The notes under the pieces: model-generated
Told to the model about the DNA's origin: nothing
Databases searched by the model: none
What the model saw: only the letters and a program-made list of their open reading frames with translations
Shown here: positions 13,715-26,534 of the stretch, one piece after another
Layout: each line of letters starts with the position of its first letter
Numbering within the stretch: position 1 is the stretch's first letter
Program-made: the position numbers and the translations under genes
Source of the DNA: Eledone cirrhosa
Lineage: Eukaryota
Direction: 5' to 3'
Length of the DNA: 64,000 nt
Assembly (NCBI GenBank): GCA_964016885.1
Contig: OZ024746.1
Coordinates: 22,382,001 to 22,446,000 of the forward strand

Positions 13715-14110
13715 TGTTGGTGTACATTCAACCATATCTACCTCAGTATTAATGTTGGAGTACAGTCAACTATATCCACCCCAGCATTAAGGTTGGAGTA
13801 CAATAAACCATCAACCATATTCACCTCAGTATTAAGGGTGGGGTACAGTCAATCATATCCACCCCAGCATTAAGGTTGGAGTACAGTCAACTATATCCAC
13901 CCCAGCATTAAGGTTGAACTATAATAAACCATCAACCATATCCACCCCAGTATTAAGGTTGGAGTACAGTCAACTATATCCACCCCAGCATTAAGGTTGA
14001 ACTATAATAAACCATCAACCATATCCACCCCAGTATTGAGGGTGGGTACAGTTAACCATATCCACCCCAGTATTAAGATTGGGATTAACTCATCTATATT
14101 CACCCCTGCA
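13715..14110. repeat. Minisatellite with 38-bp and 45-bp unit variants (ccatatccaccccagcattaaggttggagtacagtcaa)
   Basis: About 10 tandem units with alternating variants. Confidence 0.88.
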
Positions 14111-14808
14111 TTGTATATAGTATGTATATTACTAAACTCTGCACGACTCCAAGGCAGAATTTTTTTTTAATTACTTTTATTGAAGTAGTCAGAGAAAGGA
14201 AGGTGTGGCTGTTTCCATATCCTATGCTAGGAAGCATTATTTCCCATGACCCATGTCAGGAGGTGTAGCTGTTCCTATGACCAAATTCAGGGAACGTTAC
14301 AGTTTCCATGACCCATTTCATGAGTCATGGCTGTTCCCATGACTTGTTAAGTAACCATGTAAATAAATCCCTCTCTCAATAATCAAGAAGGAACTATGAT
14401 CAAAGGCCTATCTTTTTTCAGGTCTATATTATGTAATATGACCTTTCCTTTTCTCTAAATGGTAGAGTGACTACATAGAAACTCCTTTATTGACACACAA
14501 TGATTAAAAAACACTAATGATCAAATGCATTCCATCTGTGACCATCCTGTCTGTCTTTTTTTTTTCTTAAATCTCCATTCTGTAATGTACTCAGTATGAT
14601 ATAAGGGGAAGTTGACTGCTATTTCTAACATTTTAAAAGACCATGAAGAGTCTTCCTGGTTGGCTCACAAAAGACTAAGTCTCCCACACAGGTATTATTT
14701 AAACTAGTTTCTGAGATGTCTCTTGTCATACTAAGATATTAAAGCCACATACCATCTGTTATCTATCACTCCATACTCTCACCCATTCTACATCTTAATT
14801 GTTCCTCT

Positions 14809-15046
14809 TTAACCCTTTTCATAACAAACCTCCTAAAGCCACCCTGTTTATTTTTATGTCTTTATATTTATCTAAAAAAACTTCCATTATAATTTTATGT
14901 AAAAATCTTTGTTAAGTGATTTTCCAAACACCAACTTAATAATGAAAAAGTTATTTTACTAAATCCTTCCAAATTCTTGATGATTTTCAAATTTATTTAA
15001 AAGTCACTGGTAGAATCTTTTAGAAATATGGTAATTAAAAGGTTAA
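14809..15046. mobile_element. piggyBac-like non-autonomous element (TTAA-CCCTT ... AAGG-TTAA)
   Basis: ttaacccttttcataac at the left end and gtaattaaaaggttaa at the right end; similar left ends at about 22677 and 49178. Confidence 0.6.
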
Positions 15047-15445
15047 AGTGTTTATTTCGGAGTAGGTAGTGTCTGACATTAGAAATATAGTAATAAAAGG
15101 GTTAATGACATAGGTAGTGTCTGACATTAGAAATATGGTAGTGAAAGGGTTAATGACATATGCAGTGTCTGATATTAGAAATATGGTAATAAAAGGGTTA
15201 ATGACATAGGCAGTGTCTGACATTAGAAATACGGTAATGAAAGGGTTAATGACATAGGCAGTGTCTTTCATTAGAAATATGGTAATGAAATGTTTAATAA
15301 CATAGAGAGTGTCTGATATTAGAAATATAGTAATAAAAGGGTTAATGACATAGGCAGTGTCTTTCATTAGAAATATGGTAATGAAAGGGTTAATGACATA
15401 GGCAGTATCTTTCATTAGAAATATGTTACTGAAAGAGTTAATGAC
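15020..15445. repeat. 48-bp minisatellite (tagaaatatggtaatgaaagggttaatgacataggcagtgtctgacat), about 8-9 copies
   Basis: 16-aa periodicity in ORF 15035-15415; units directly visible. Confidence 0.92.
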
Positions 15446-16949
15446 TGATTAATGATGTGTTGTAGTGTTTCTGTTAATACCACAAGCCACTCTGCACATG
15501 AATAAAGACAGGGTGGAATTAGAGATCAATGTCGGACTAGAACTAGGGTAATCAATGAACAGCTTAATAGTTGACAGCTATGTGTGACAATTTTGACATG
15601 GTTGATTGAACATTTGATTTCTCAAGTATCAATAATAAAAAAAATGATCAATTATACATTGTTAGTAAAATTATTTGTAAGGTCAGTGCTAATGTGCTTA
15701 GTACATTGAACATTGTAATTATTTAAAATCAATTTTAAAAAAATATAGAATAAAGACATTGCAATGGTGAAGAAATTTGATGTTTGCTGTACATTGACAA
15801 TTTTAGACATGTTTTGTTTTTATTAAACCTCTTCAGGCATTTAATCTGACATACTAACGATTCTGCTGCTTTGTTACCCTTAGTTAAAGGTTATGTATTG
15901 GTTACACGTTAAGTACTCAGTAGCTTTTTGGTGTATTTTTCACCAAGGAAGTTTATTCAAAGTGGTGCAGTCTTATGAGATAAGGAATAACTTCCTTATC
16001 CAACATATATTGCGCAGTAAAGATGAAACTTATTTCTGTGGTAGACTATGTCTACAGCACAACAGATGTTGGTTTCAGTCTTAACCAAGCAAATCTTTAC
16101 CAGTGTCAACAAATCTTCTCAGTGAAAGGAAATGAAATGTACAGCTTACACCTATGTAAGCTTAGCTGGCCTTTAAGGTTGAATCTCATTGGGGGCTTTT
16201 TTTTTTATTGATAGTGGACCAATCCTATCATATTTCCCCAATCCTATCATATTTCTGTTACAGCTTCCACATATGTAGATTTAATTGGCCTTCTATGTGA
16301 TTGAATTTCATTGGGGTTTTTCGAGATATTTTCTTGATAGTGGTCCCCAATCCTATCATGTTGCTGTAACAGATCACACCTATGTAGGTCTACCTGACTT
16401 CCTATGAGGTTGCATCTCTGGTTTTTTAATGACAGTTATCCTCAATCTTATAAAAAGAGATTGCAGGAGTTAACCCCCTCATACTTTCTTTTTAAAATGT
16501 TTGCTACTGTATATATTTCAATACAACTTAATATAACCTAATTTTAACATCGATCTTTTTGGGTCAAATATTCCTCAGCTTATATTAGAGTATATACAGT
16601 AAGAGAACTGAAACAACATGGAAATGAAGCTTCTTCCTCAAGAACACAATGCAGATATAGTGGAATCAAACCCATGACTTTATGATCATGAGTTAACAAT
16701 TTAACCACAATATCATCACAGTGAATAACATTGCCAGCATGCAAAGTGGTAGTAAAATAATAATGCTGATGATTTATTTTATATTTCAGTTAATTATAGG
16801 TTTGTATTGCTGGTTATAGGTTTCAACAGGCCAATGACTGGTTTGCTGAATTTCTGACAGCAACAGTGATGAGGGAGTGTAATTACCAAGGACTTCATTC
16901 AGACAGTGCCAGGTTTTAGCCTTCCTGTCATCTACAATTCACTCATAAG

Positions 16950-17190
16950 GCCCAGGCCATATGTAAAATATAGACCCACCAGGCCAGTAATAGGTCCAGA
17001 CCATGTAAAATGTAAGCCTGCAAAGCTGGTAAAAGGCTCAGACCATATGTAAAGTGTAGGTCTGCAAAGCTGGTAAAAGGCTCAGACCATATGTAAAGTA
17101 TAGGTCTGCAAAGCTGGTAAAAGGCTCAGGCCATATGTAAAGTGTAGGTCTGCAAAGCTGGTAAAAGGCTCAGGCCATAATGTAAAACGT
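16950..17190. repeat. 44-bp minisatellite (ccatatgtaaagtgtaggtctgcaaagctggtaaaaggctcaga); degenerate relative at about 36390-36620
   Basis: About 4-5 tandem units. Confidence 0.85.
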
Positions 17191-17475
17191 AAAAATATTT
17201 GCTCAAGGTGGTGTGCAGTGGGATTGAACATGGAACTGGAAACATGTGGTTGCAATGGGAACTTCTTAACCATACAACCATAAATATATACATATATATA
17301 TATATATGTTAAATATTTCCGTAGAAAAAGGTAAAGGAAAGAAGAGTGCTCTATGTATAGTACAGAGCTATTCAATTACATAATAAACAACACAATATAA
17401 TTATTCCATTACCAAAGGTTTCAGGAAACTAGATGATCTTTACAGAAACATCCAGCTCATTCATATATATATATA

Positions 17476-18262
17476 CTTTTTCCTATTACCCACTCAACTA
17501 CCCTAAGTATTGAGTACTTTGGTGCGTTATGGTCCATCTGATTCCTTACCACAATTCCTTTGTTATATATATATATATATATATATATAACGAAGGAAAT
17601 ATGGTAAGGAACCAGATGGACCATAACGCACCAAAGTACTCAATACTTAGGGTAGTAGAGTGGGTAATAGGAACAAGTATGACCCCGACGGCAGAGCTCA
17701 AGCCGTTTCGACGGCTAATTCTGGACTAAATAAGAATTTTTAGCCTGGTAAATAAATAGCCGAACTGGTGATGTTTCTAGGATGGTTCGAGCGGCGGTGG
17801 ATGTAATGCAGGTTGTCGTTTGGTTTCCTGTATGGGTAGTACAGATCATTATCGAGGTTAAGGGTAACGTCCAGGAAGTTTACTCGGGTTAGGGACGTTT
17901 GTAGAGTTATTTTAAATCTCCAGTCGCGGAAGAAGCTGATTAATTGTTTACGGACCCGGTCTGTACTACTGGGGTTGTACCCTATGAGGGTAAGGAACAC
18001 ATCATCACGGTACAATCCACCGCCAAATGCAGGAAACATTTCGGTGAGTTTAAATAGTAGGAATAATCCTATAAGATCTGTGACCTCGGCCGAATCTGTC
18101 GCGCCCATACTGACGTCGAAGGGGGAGTCAGGAGCTCTCTTTATCCATTTGGAGTTGTCGAAAAGTAGGACTGTCTTCCTGGCATGGAGGATGATATTTC
18201 TTTCCTGGTCGGTGATGGGCGTGAGTGTTTCGGCAAAATCCAAGGCGGCCGTCAGGAGCTGT
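17476..18262 (-). mobile_element. Penelope-like element fragment: RT (YRDD type, possibly Nematis-like) followed by terminal-repeat sequence and its inverted copy
   Basis: ORF 17740-18243 reads FDVSMGATDSAEVTDLIGL...GLYRDD...VNFLDVTL...YRKPND...SNHP; 17476-17565 is inverted relative to 17588-17675. Confidence 0.85.
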
Positions 18263-18314
18263 AAGATGTATAGTAACTCTCTATGTCAAACCTCTCTCTC
18301 TCTCTCTCTATCTA

Positions 18315-18380
<66 letters not shown>

Positions 18381-18889
18381 GAGAGGAGGAGAGAGACTTA
18401 ACTAGCTTGATAGGTAGGTAGATGGATGGTTGGTTTGATGGATTGATTGATTTCTCTCTGAAATGATTGTAAAACAATTAATTCCTTAATAAGCCTGGTC
18501 TTTTTTGTTTTGTAGTTAAACATTATATATATTACCCACCACCACCACCCTCTCAAGAGCGTGAAACTAATAAACCTTTGTTCGTACTGCCTCTCTGTTT
18601 TGTTCCCGTTCAATTTTTCACTATATATATATATATATATATGTGTGGGGGGTGGAGTATGTGTGTGTGGATGTGTGTAGATACACACAAACTCTCCTGT
18701 TTATACACACTCATACAATTATATTCCCTTTCCTACATAGATGCACTTACATAGATGCATCCTCTTACACAACACACAGACAGATATTGGGGGTTGTGTA
18801 TAAACGTGTATAAGTGTGAGTGTACATGTGTGAGTATGTATGTGTGAGAGTGTGTTGCTGTTTTACATTTAAAACGAGGTGGAGTGTTA

Positions 18890-18994
18890 TTTTCTTGTTG
18901 TTGTTAATGTTGTTGTTATTGTTGTTGATGTTGCTATTGCTGTTGTTACTATTGTTGTTGTCGTTGTTGTCGTTGTTGTCGTTGCTGTCGTTGC

Positions 18995-19047
<53 letters not shown>

Positions 19048-19182
19048 TTGTTGTTGTTTTGTTGTTATTGCTGCTGTTGCTATTGTTATTGTCGTTGCTG
19101 CTGTTGTTATTGTTGTTGTTGTTGTTGTTGGCGTTGTTGTTGTTGTTGTTGTTGTTGTTGGCGTTGTTGCTGTTGCTGCTGG

Positions 19183-19226
<44 letters not shown>

Positions 19227-19392
19227 TGTTGTTATTGCTGCTGTTGTTGTTATTGCTATTTTTATTGCTATTTTTATTGATGATGTTGTTGTTGTTGTTA
19301 TTGCTGTTGTCGCTGTTGTCGCTGTTTTGTTATTATTACTGTACTTGTTGTTATTAGTGCTGTTGATGTTATTATTACTGTTGTTGTTGCTG
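18890..19392. repeat. (TTG/CTG)n trinucleotide repeat
   Basis: Directly visible. Confidence 0.95.
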
Positions 19393-19629
19393 CTGTCAAA
19401 TCAGTAGGTGTGTCACAGGTGAAATATCTTACCTACAGTTAAACCACTCACCTGTGAAATATAAGTAAAAGGATTATCAGGTAGGCAAACCATGTGTGTG
19501 TCTGTGTGTCTGTCTGTGTGTGCCAATGTGTGTGTATGTGTGTGTGTATGTCTGTGTATTTGTGCATCTCTGTGTCACTATGTCAGTCTGTGTGAGTGTC
19601 TATGTGTCTATATATGTGTGTGTGCATGC

Positions 19630-20271
<642 letters not shown>

Positions 20272-20473
20272 AAGCGGTAAGAAACCGTGAGGTTATATCC
20301 AAAGTTGGTAGAGCACTCAGCCCAAAGATGAGTTCAGTTTAGAGTTAGTTACACACACAGAACTAACTCTCTCTCTCTCTCTCCATATATATATAACGAA
20401 GGAGGTGTGGTAAGGAACCAGATGGACCATAACGCACCAGAGTACTCAATACTTAGGGTAGTAGAGTGGGTAA

Positions 20474-20547
<74 letters not shown>

Positions 20548-20789
20548 ATATATTATCATCATCATCATCTTCGTTTAACGTCCATTTTCCACGCTAGCAT
20601 GGGTTAGACGGGAGTTGTCCCACTTGAGGCAAGGTTGGTCAGATAACCATGTCTCGCTCATATAGGACTATCTGGCAGGTTTTCTACGGCTGGATGGCCT
20701 TCCTAAATATATATAGTATATATATATATATGTATATTATATAGTATATATATAGTATATATATAGTATATATATATATATTATATAGT

Positions 20790-21188
20790 ATCATCATCAT
20801 CGTTTAACGTCCATCTTCCACGCTAGCATGGGTCTGGACGGGAATTGTCCCACTTGAGGCAAGATTGGTTATATTGCTCGTATAGAACTATCTGGCAGGT
20901 TTTCTACGGCTGGATGCCCTTCCTAACACCAACCACGTTTATAGTGTGGACTGGGAGGTTTTTACCGTGTTACCTACACGGCCACATTACAGCGTGGACT
21001 GTGTGTTTTTTTGTTGTGACACCTACACAACCTCATTTATTTCGGACTGGATGTTGTGGTACCAACATAACTTTACATTGAAAGGGGTGCTGTGGATGGG
21101 GTGGGGGTAGTGGGACGGGGGTGTATTTTGGTTAAGAGGTGCCTACTGACTGTAGGTTTTGCTTTATACTTAGGCAAGGCGTGTCTAT
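20790..21188 (-). mobile_element. RTE LINE 3' UTR copy (near-identical family member at 63492-64000)
   Basis: catcatcgtttaacgtccatcttccacgc...ggctggatgcccttcctaacaccaacc is shared with the 63.5-kb copy. Confidence 0.82.
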
Positions 21189-21207
21189 ATAGTATAAATA
21201 TATATAT

Positions 21208-21401
21208 TGACATTGCACTCAGTGCTCCTTTGGGAGCCCCTACATGGACACACTAGAAGAGGAAGACCAAGGTTAACGTATGTTGATGCCCTAAGGACAG
21301 ACACTGGTCTGTTGGAGACGCAGGACATGGCAGCGATAATGAGGGACAGAGACCTCTGGAGAGAACTCGTCCATGGATCTCGGGAATTTTACCCGCCTTA
21401 G
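21208..21401 (+). mobile_element. RTE/RTEX-like LINE ORF C-terminal fragment between (TA)n runs
   Basis: Translation [29 protein letters not shown]...MRDRDLWR. Confidence 0.8.
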
Positions 21402-21503
21402 AATATATATATATATATTATATAGTATATATATATATATTATATAGTATATATATATAGTATATATATATGTGTGTGTGTCTGTGTGTGTATATATATA
21501 TAG

Positions 21504-21536
<33 letters not shown>

Positions 21537-21549
21537 ATATATATGTATA

Positions 21550-21585
<36 letters not shown>

Positions 21586-21596
21586 GTATTTATATA

Positions 21597-21632
<36 letters not shown>

Positions 21633-21720
21633 GTATATATATATGTGTGAGTGTGTATATATATATAGGTTATATATATGTGTGTGTGTATATATGTGTG
21701 TGTCTATATATATATATATA

Positions 21721-21771
<51 letters not shown>

Positions 21772-21886
21772 ACACACACCCTCTTGTATATAAATACTAA
21801 ATAAATGTCAAAATATCTTAAATGAGTTATTGTTAACAGATTAATTAACCTTATCATCTGAGAAATGGAACATATTTTAAATAGTT

Positions 21887-21937
21887 ACACCTACACTATG
21901 TTTCAATTGGTTTCACCTCCAAGCATCATCAGGTATG
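21887..21937 (-). ncRNA. Hammerhead ribozyme-like motif (type I, imperfect)
   Basis: Minus strand: catac CTGATGA tgcttggaggtgaaaccaatt GAAA ca-tag-tg TA g gtgt; stem I needs a 1-nt offset. Confidence 0.45.
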
Positions 21938-22073
21938 GTAGATTTTCATTTTCATAAACACACACAATATTCAATGACACTGATGTTACACTGATACACC
22001 ACTTTTGAGGATGGACATTCCACTACAATGGCTAACCATGTATGCCTACTGTGTGCTCTCATGAAACTTGATG

Positions 22074-22142
22074 AGAGTCAAGCTCAACAGGGTCTTCTTT
22101 CCCTGCCAACCCATCCAATACCATTCCTTTGGCTGTGGTTTT
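22074..22142 (-). pseudogene. Short 28S (LSU) rRNA-derived fragment
   Basis: agagtcaagctcaacagggtcttctttccc...cctttggctgtggttt is the antisense of the conserved eukaryotic LSU segment aaaccacagccaaggg...gggaaagaagaccctgttgagcttgactct. Confidence 0.8.
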
Positions 22143-25100
22143 AAGTTAAGTCAAAGTCTATTCTAAGCCAAAAGCTCATCAGGCCCGGTGCTTATCTCTG
22201 GTTTCCTTGGCGTTATGCAAATGAGAGTATAAGATTTTCTCTGGATAGGACACTGGTCCTTCACAAAATTAATTCCCCAGCTACTGCTGGTACTCATTCT
22301 CAGCTGAGTGTACTGGAGCAACGTGAAGTAAAGTGTTTTGTTCAAGAACACAAAACAGCAGCCTATCCAGGAACCAAACCAACAACATTAGGATCATATG
22401 TCAAGCCTCCTAACCATTAGGCTATGCACCTGTAGTTTTCCTAGACAATATTTAGCACAATAGTTTTGCTTTATAATATGCACCTCCCTCCCACCGCACT
22501 CCCAAATGAAATCATGTCAACCTTCAGTTTGGTAAGCTGATGAATAGGACTGTATTATTCATAAGCCTGACTAGGCAGAAGCGGGTGGGGGTACCAGGGA
22601 CCTCATAAGGATTAGAGGGCCCATCAATTTGCTGTAGTTGGGTGATTAACATGTACATTATTAATATGTACATTATTAACCCTTTATTACTATGTTTTTA
22701 ACAAATAACATTCTTGCAGGAATGTTATAATGTGAAGGTTTCTCAGGATTTTCCTAGTGGACAGATCATTGTGAAAATTTGCTGTAAATTTTTAGACATC
22801 ATCATCATATGTCTATTTCTCCATAATTGCATGAGTTGGACAAGCCCTCTCCAGCACAATCAGGCTCCATTGTGTTTTTTATTAGAAATATGATAATGAA
22901 TTGATTAAATTCACATTGTGATAAACCTCTACTTATTTCTTCAAGAAAATGTTATTTTTTCCTCATAGTTGATTGATCATTTTCACATAAAGACTTTCAA
23001 CTTATCAATACATTTGAATACTTGAGGGAATTGTTTAGTAATTAATCATCTTCTGTTGTTGATAAAGTGTTGACATAGTTTATATGATTAAAGCCAAGAG
23101 AAGAAGCCAGCTCATGACCTAATAATCAGTTACAGATTTAGTGACAAATATCCTGTGTATATATAACAATATGTGGGATGAATTACTTCAAGTAAAGTTA
23201 GAGGCGTAGTCAGCCTACTGGTGAATATTTTGAATATGCTTGGTTGAATAACTGTTTCATATGTTCCATCTCTTCATCTTATTGAGTGATATTCTATCAA
23301 TTAAGTTTTATGTTGATTCTGAAATCGATGATCAATGGCATGATTAGTCAATCAGCTTTTATTTGCTGTTGTTGTGATTGATCACTATCCTTAGCTTGCA
23401 AAAATTAATTCATAACTGACAAATGTTGGCATAACAATAAAATGCACTCAGTACACTCTATAAAGTAATAGTGCTGGAGTGATGCTAAATGCACTCAACA
23501 CACTCTGTAAACTGGTAGTGCTGGTGTCACTCAGTGCACTCTGTAAAGTGGTAGTACTGGTGTCATGATAAATGCACTCAGTATACATTATAAAGCGTTA
23601 GTGTTGGTGTCATGATAAAATACACCCAGTATACTCTGTAAAGGGCCTAATGCTAGTATCAAAATATGTGCACACACTCACACACATCATGTCTCCAGTT
23701 TAATTATGTGTTTCTCCCTTCTTTGCACCAAATTCAGAAACATTGAAAAACATTGAAGGACCACTGGTGGGAATTCAAAGACAAAAAAAAATTATCAGTG
23801 TTCTACCAAATTTAGAACATGGCGGCTGGAAAACACCAAGATGAAAATAATATCCACACACAGTCAGATTAAGGAAGGCACCCATATAACAGAAATTAAA
23901 CCCATCCTCAATAGAAAGCAGGAATGGATTAGTAACAATCTCACAGCCTAGTGACTGATGATAAAAACATTACAAAACATAAGAATAGGTACACAGAAGT
24001 GCATAATCAGATATAAACCCACTCACAAAAGAAAGCAGTCACCTAGTGACAGGTGACAAAAATTTTATATTATATAAGAATGCATACACAGGATAACACA
24101 GACAGACAGAGCAATGAGTGTAGAAATGTAAATGCACATTCCACATAAATAGATAAGGACATATGGATGCTGCTGGTGGTTCACAAAGGTAAACATAAAT
24201 ATATAACATATGCAAATAAAGATAAACAAACACTGAAAATTGTGGGAGTAGCAATATACAAAGCGACACATGCACATGCATGTACACATGGGCACACACA
24301 CCCATATGGATACACAGGCACATGCACACAGACACACACACACACATACACATACACACTAGAAAGTAACTAAGACAAAATTGAAATAGAGTGGAGACAC
24401 AAAGGATAAAAATAGTAATGGAGAAGGTCACAGAAAGTGTGAGAAAACAACTTTGACAAATAAATAACTATTTGGTTATTAAACCAATCAACCATTGTAA
24501 GGATTATTCACCCAACTAATAACATAAATCAGGGTAGAAATCAACTGGCATGTGAGTTTTTTATTGGCAGTATGACTCCCAAAATCATCATCATCATCAT
24601 CATCATTGTTTAACATCCATCTTCCATGCTTGCATGGGTTTGGATGGGAATTTTCCCACTTGAGGCAAGATTGGTTGTATTGTTCGTATAGGACTGTCTG
24701 GCGGGTTTTCTCTGCCCATCATATATACATTACTTTTCAGGTCAAACAACTTGTTTCACTCCAGACTACATTTTTCGTTTTAAAAATGTGGATTAATACT
24801 GACGTCTGATGTAATATCACCATCAATGTTTAACGTCCATTTTTGCATGTTAGCATGAGTTAGGCAAATTGTCCATTTGCATGTTAGCATGGGTTAGACG
24901 AGTTAGATCAGATGACTGTATCTTGCTCATACAGAACTGTTTCTGGCTTGGTTTCTATGGCTGGATGCCCTTCCTAATGCCAATCACATTTACAGTGTGG
25001 ATTGGCTGCATTTTATTGTTGCACCAAAATGACCACTTTACAGTGTGAACTAACTGCTTTTTGTCATGTCACCAACACAACCACTTTACAGAGAGGACTG

Positions 25101-25228
25101 GTCGCTTTATTGTAGAGTATTTATATTAAGAAAGAAAGATCGATGTTCAGTTCAATATGTTTTATTTGTAATTATGTGTAACATCATCATCACCATGACT
25201 ATTTTTCCCACTTACAAGGGGTCTCACA

Positions 25229-25421
25229 AATGACCAGCTCAGAGCTTTAATTGGTTAGATTCAGCTTGATTCTAGGATTGATTTACTTATGACATGCAAA
25301 GGAGATTAGTACTGGAATATATTCATCTGATATTCCTGATTCTAATCTCCATTGTGTCTGAGGAGAAAATCAATCCTAGAATTGAGCTAATTGTAACCGA
25401 TTAAAGCTCTGAGCTGGTCAT
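25229..25421. mobile_element. About 190-bp hairpin (fold-back) MITE-like element
   Basis: aatgaccagctcagagctttaattggtta...ttctaggattgattt pairs with aaatcaatcctagaa...taaccgattaaagctctgagctggtcatt. Confidence 0.75.
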
Positions 25422-25630
25422 TTCCAAAACACATATTCATGTCTGATTATAAATAAAATATGAAAAACTAAAACTTTGAACTCTCTTTATATATATATAT
25501 ATATTATATATATATGTGTGCACGCACGTGTGTGTGTATGTGTGCGCGCGTGCTTTTGTACATATATTGAAGAGGTAGAATCTCGATGGCATGCCCAGGC
25601 AATTCAACTTGTTTCCAAATATAACTCTAT

Positions 25631-25698
<68 letters not shown>

Positions 25699-25735
25699 CA
25701 ATTCAACTTGTTTCCAAATATAACTCTATTACATG

Positions 25736-25769
<34 letters not shown>

Positions 25770-25997
25770 TACATGTATATATATATATATAATATATATA
25801 TATATATCAGGATAGAACCAGTGTTAAACTAGTTAGACCATTACTCAACAGAGTACTCAATAGTTGGGATAGTAGAGTATGGCTATATTAGGGTCCGATA
25901 GCTGAGCCCTTGCCATTTCAACAGCTAGTTCCAGCTAGCTGTTGAAACAGCAAGAGCTCACCCATCAGGCTCCAACTCTTTCTAATATATATATATA

Positions 25998-26457
25998 TCA
26001 TCATCATCATTTCATTTTACGTCCACTTTTCCCTGCTTGGAAGGGTGGGACGGGAACTGATTCTGGCTTGATTTCTACAGCTGGATGCCCTTCCTAACAC
26101 CAACCTCATTTACAGTGAGTGCTGGGTGCTTTTTTGCCGTGGCACCTCCACGACCACTTTGCAGTGAGTTCAATTCTCAGACCGGGTGATGTGTTGTTTC
26201 CTTGAGCAAGACACTTTATTTCACATTGCTCCAGTTTACTCAGCTGTAGAAATGAGATGATAGGGACTGGGATCCATATCATTCCACTGCAAAGTGGTCG
26301 TGGAGGTGCCACGGCAAAAAAGCACCCAGCACTCACTGTAAATGAGGTTGGTGTTAGGAAGGGCATCCAGCTGTAGAAATCAAGCCAGCATCAGTTCCCG
26401 TCCCACCCTTGCAAGCAGGGAAAAAGCGGACGTAAAATGAAACGATGATGATGATGA

Positions 26458-26460
<3 letters not shown>
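25998..26460. mobile_element. Head-to-head pair of 5'-truncated family A SINEs
   Basis: 25998-26166 (minus) is the reverse complement of about 26285-26460 (plus). Confidence 0.85.
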
Positions 26461-26532
<72 letters not shown>

Positions 26533-26534
26533 TA

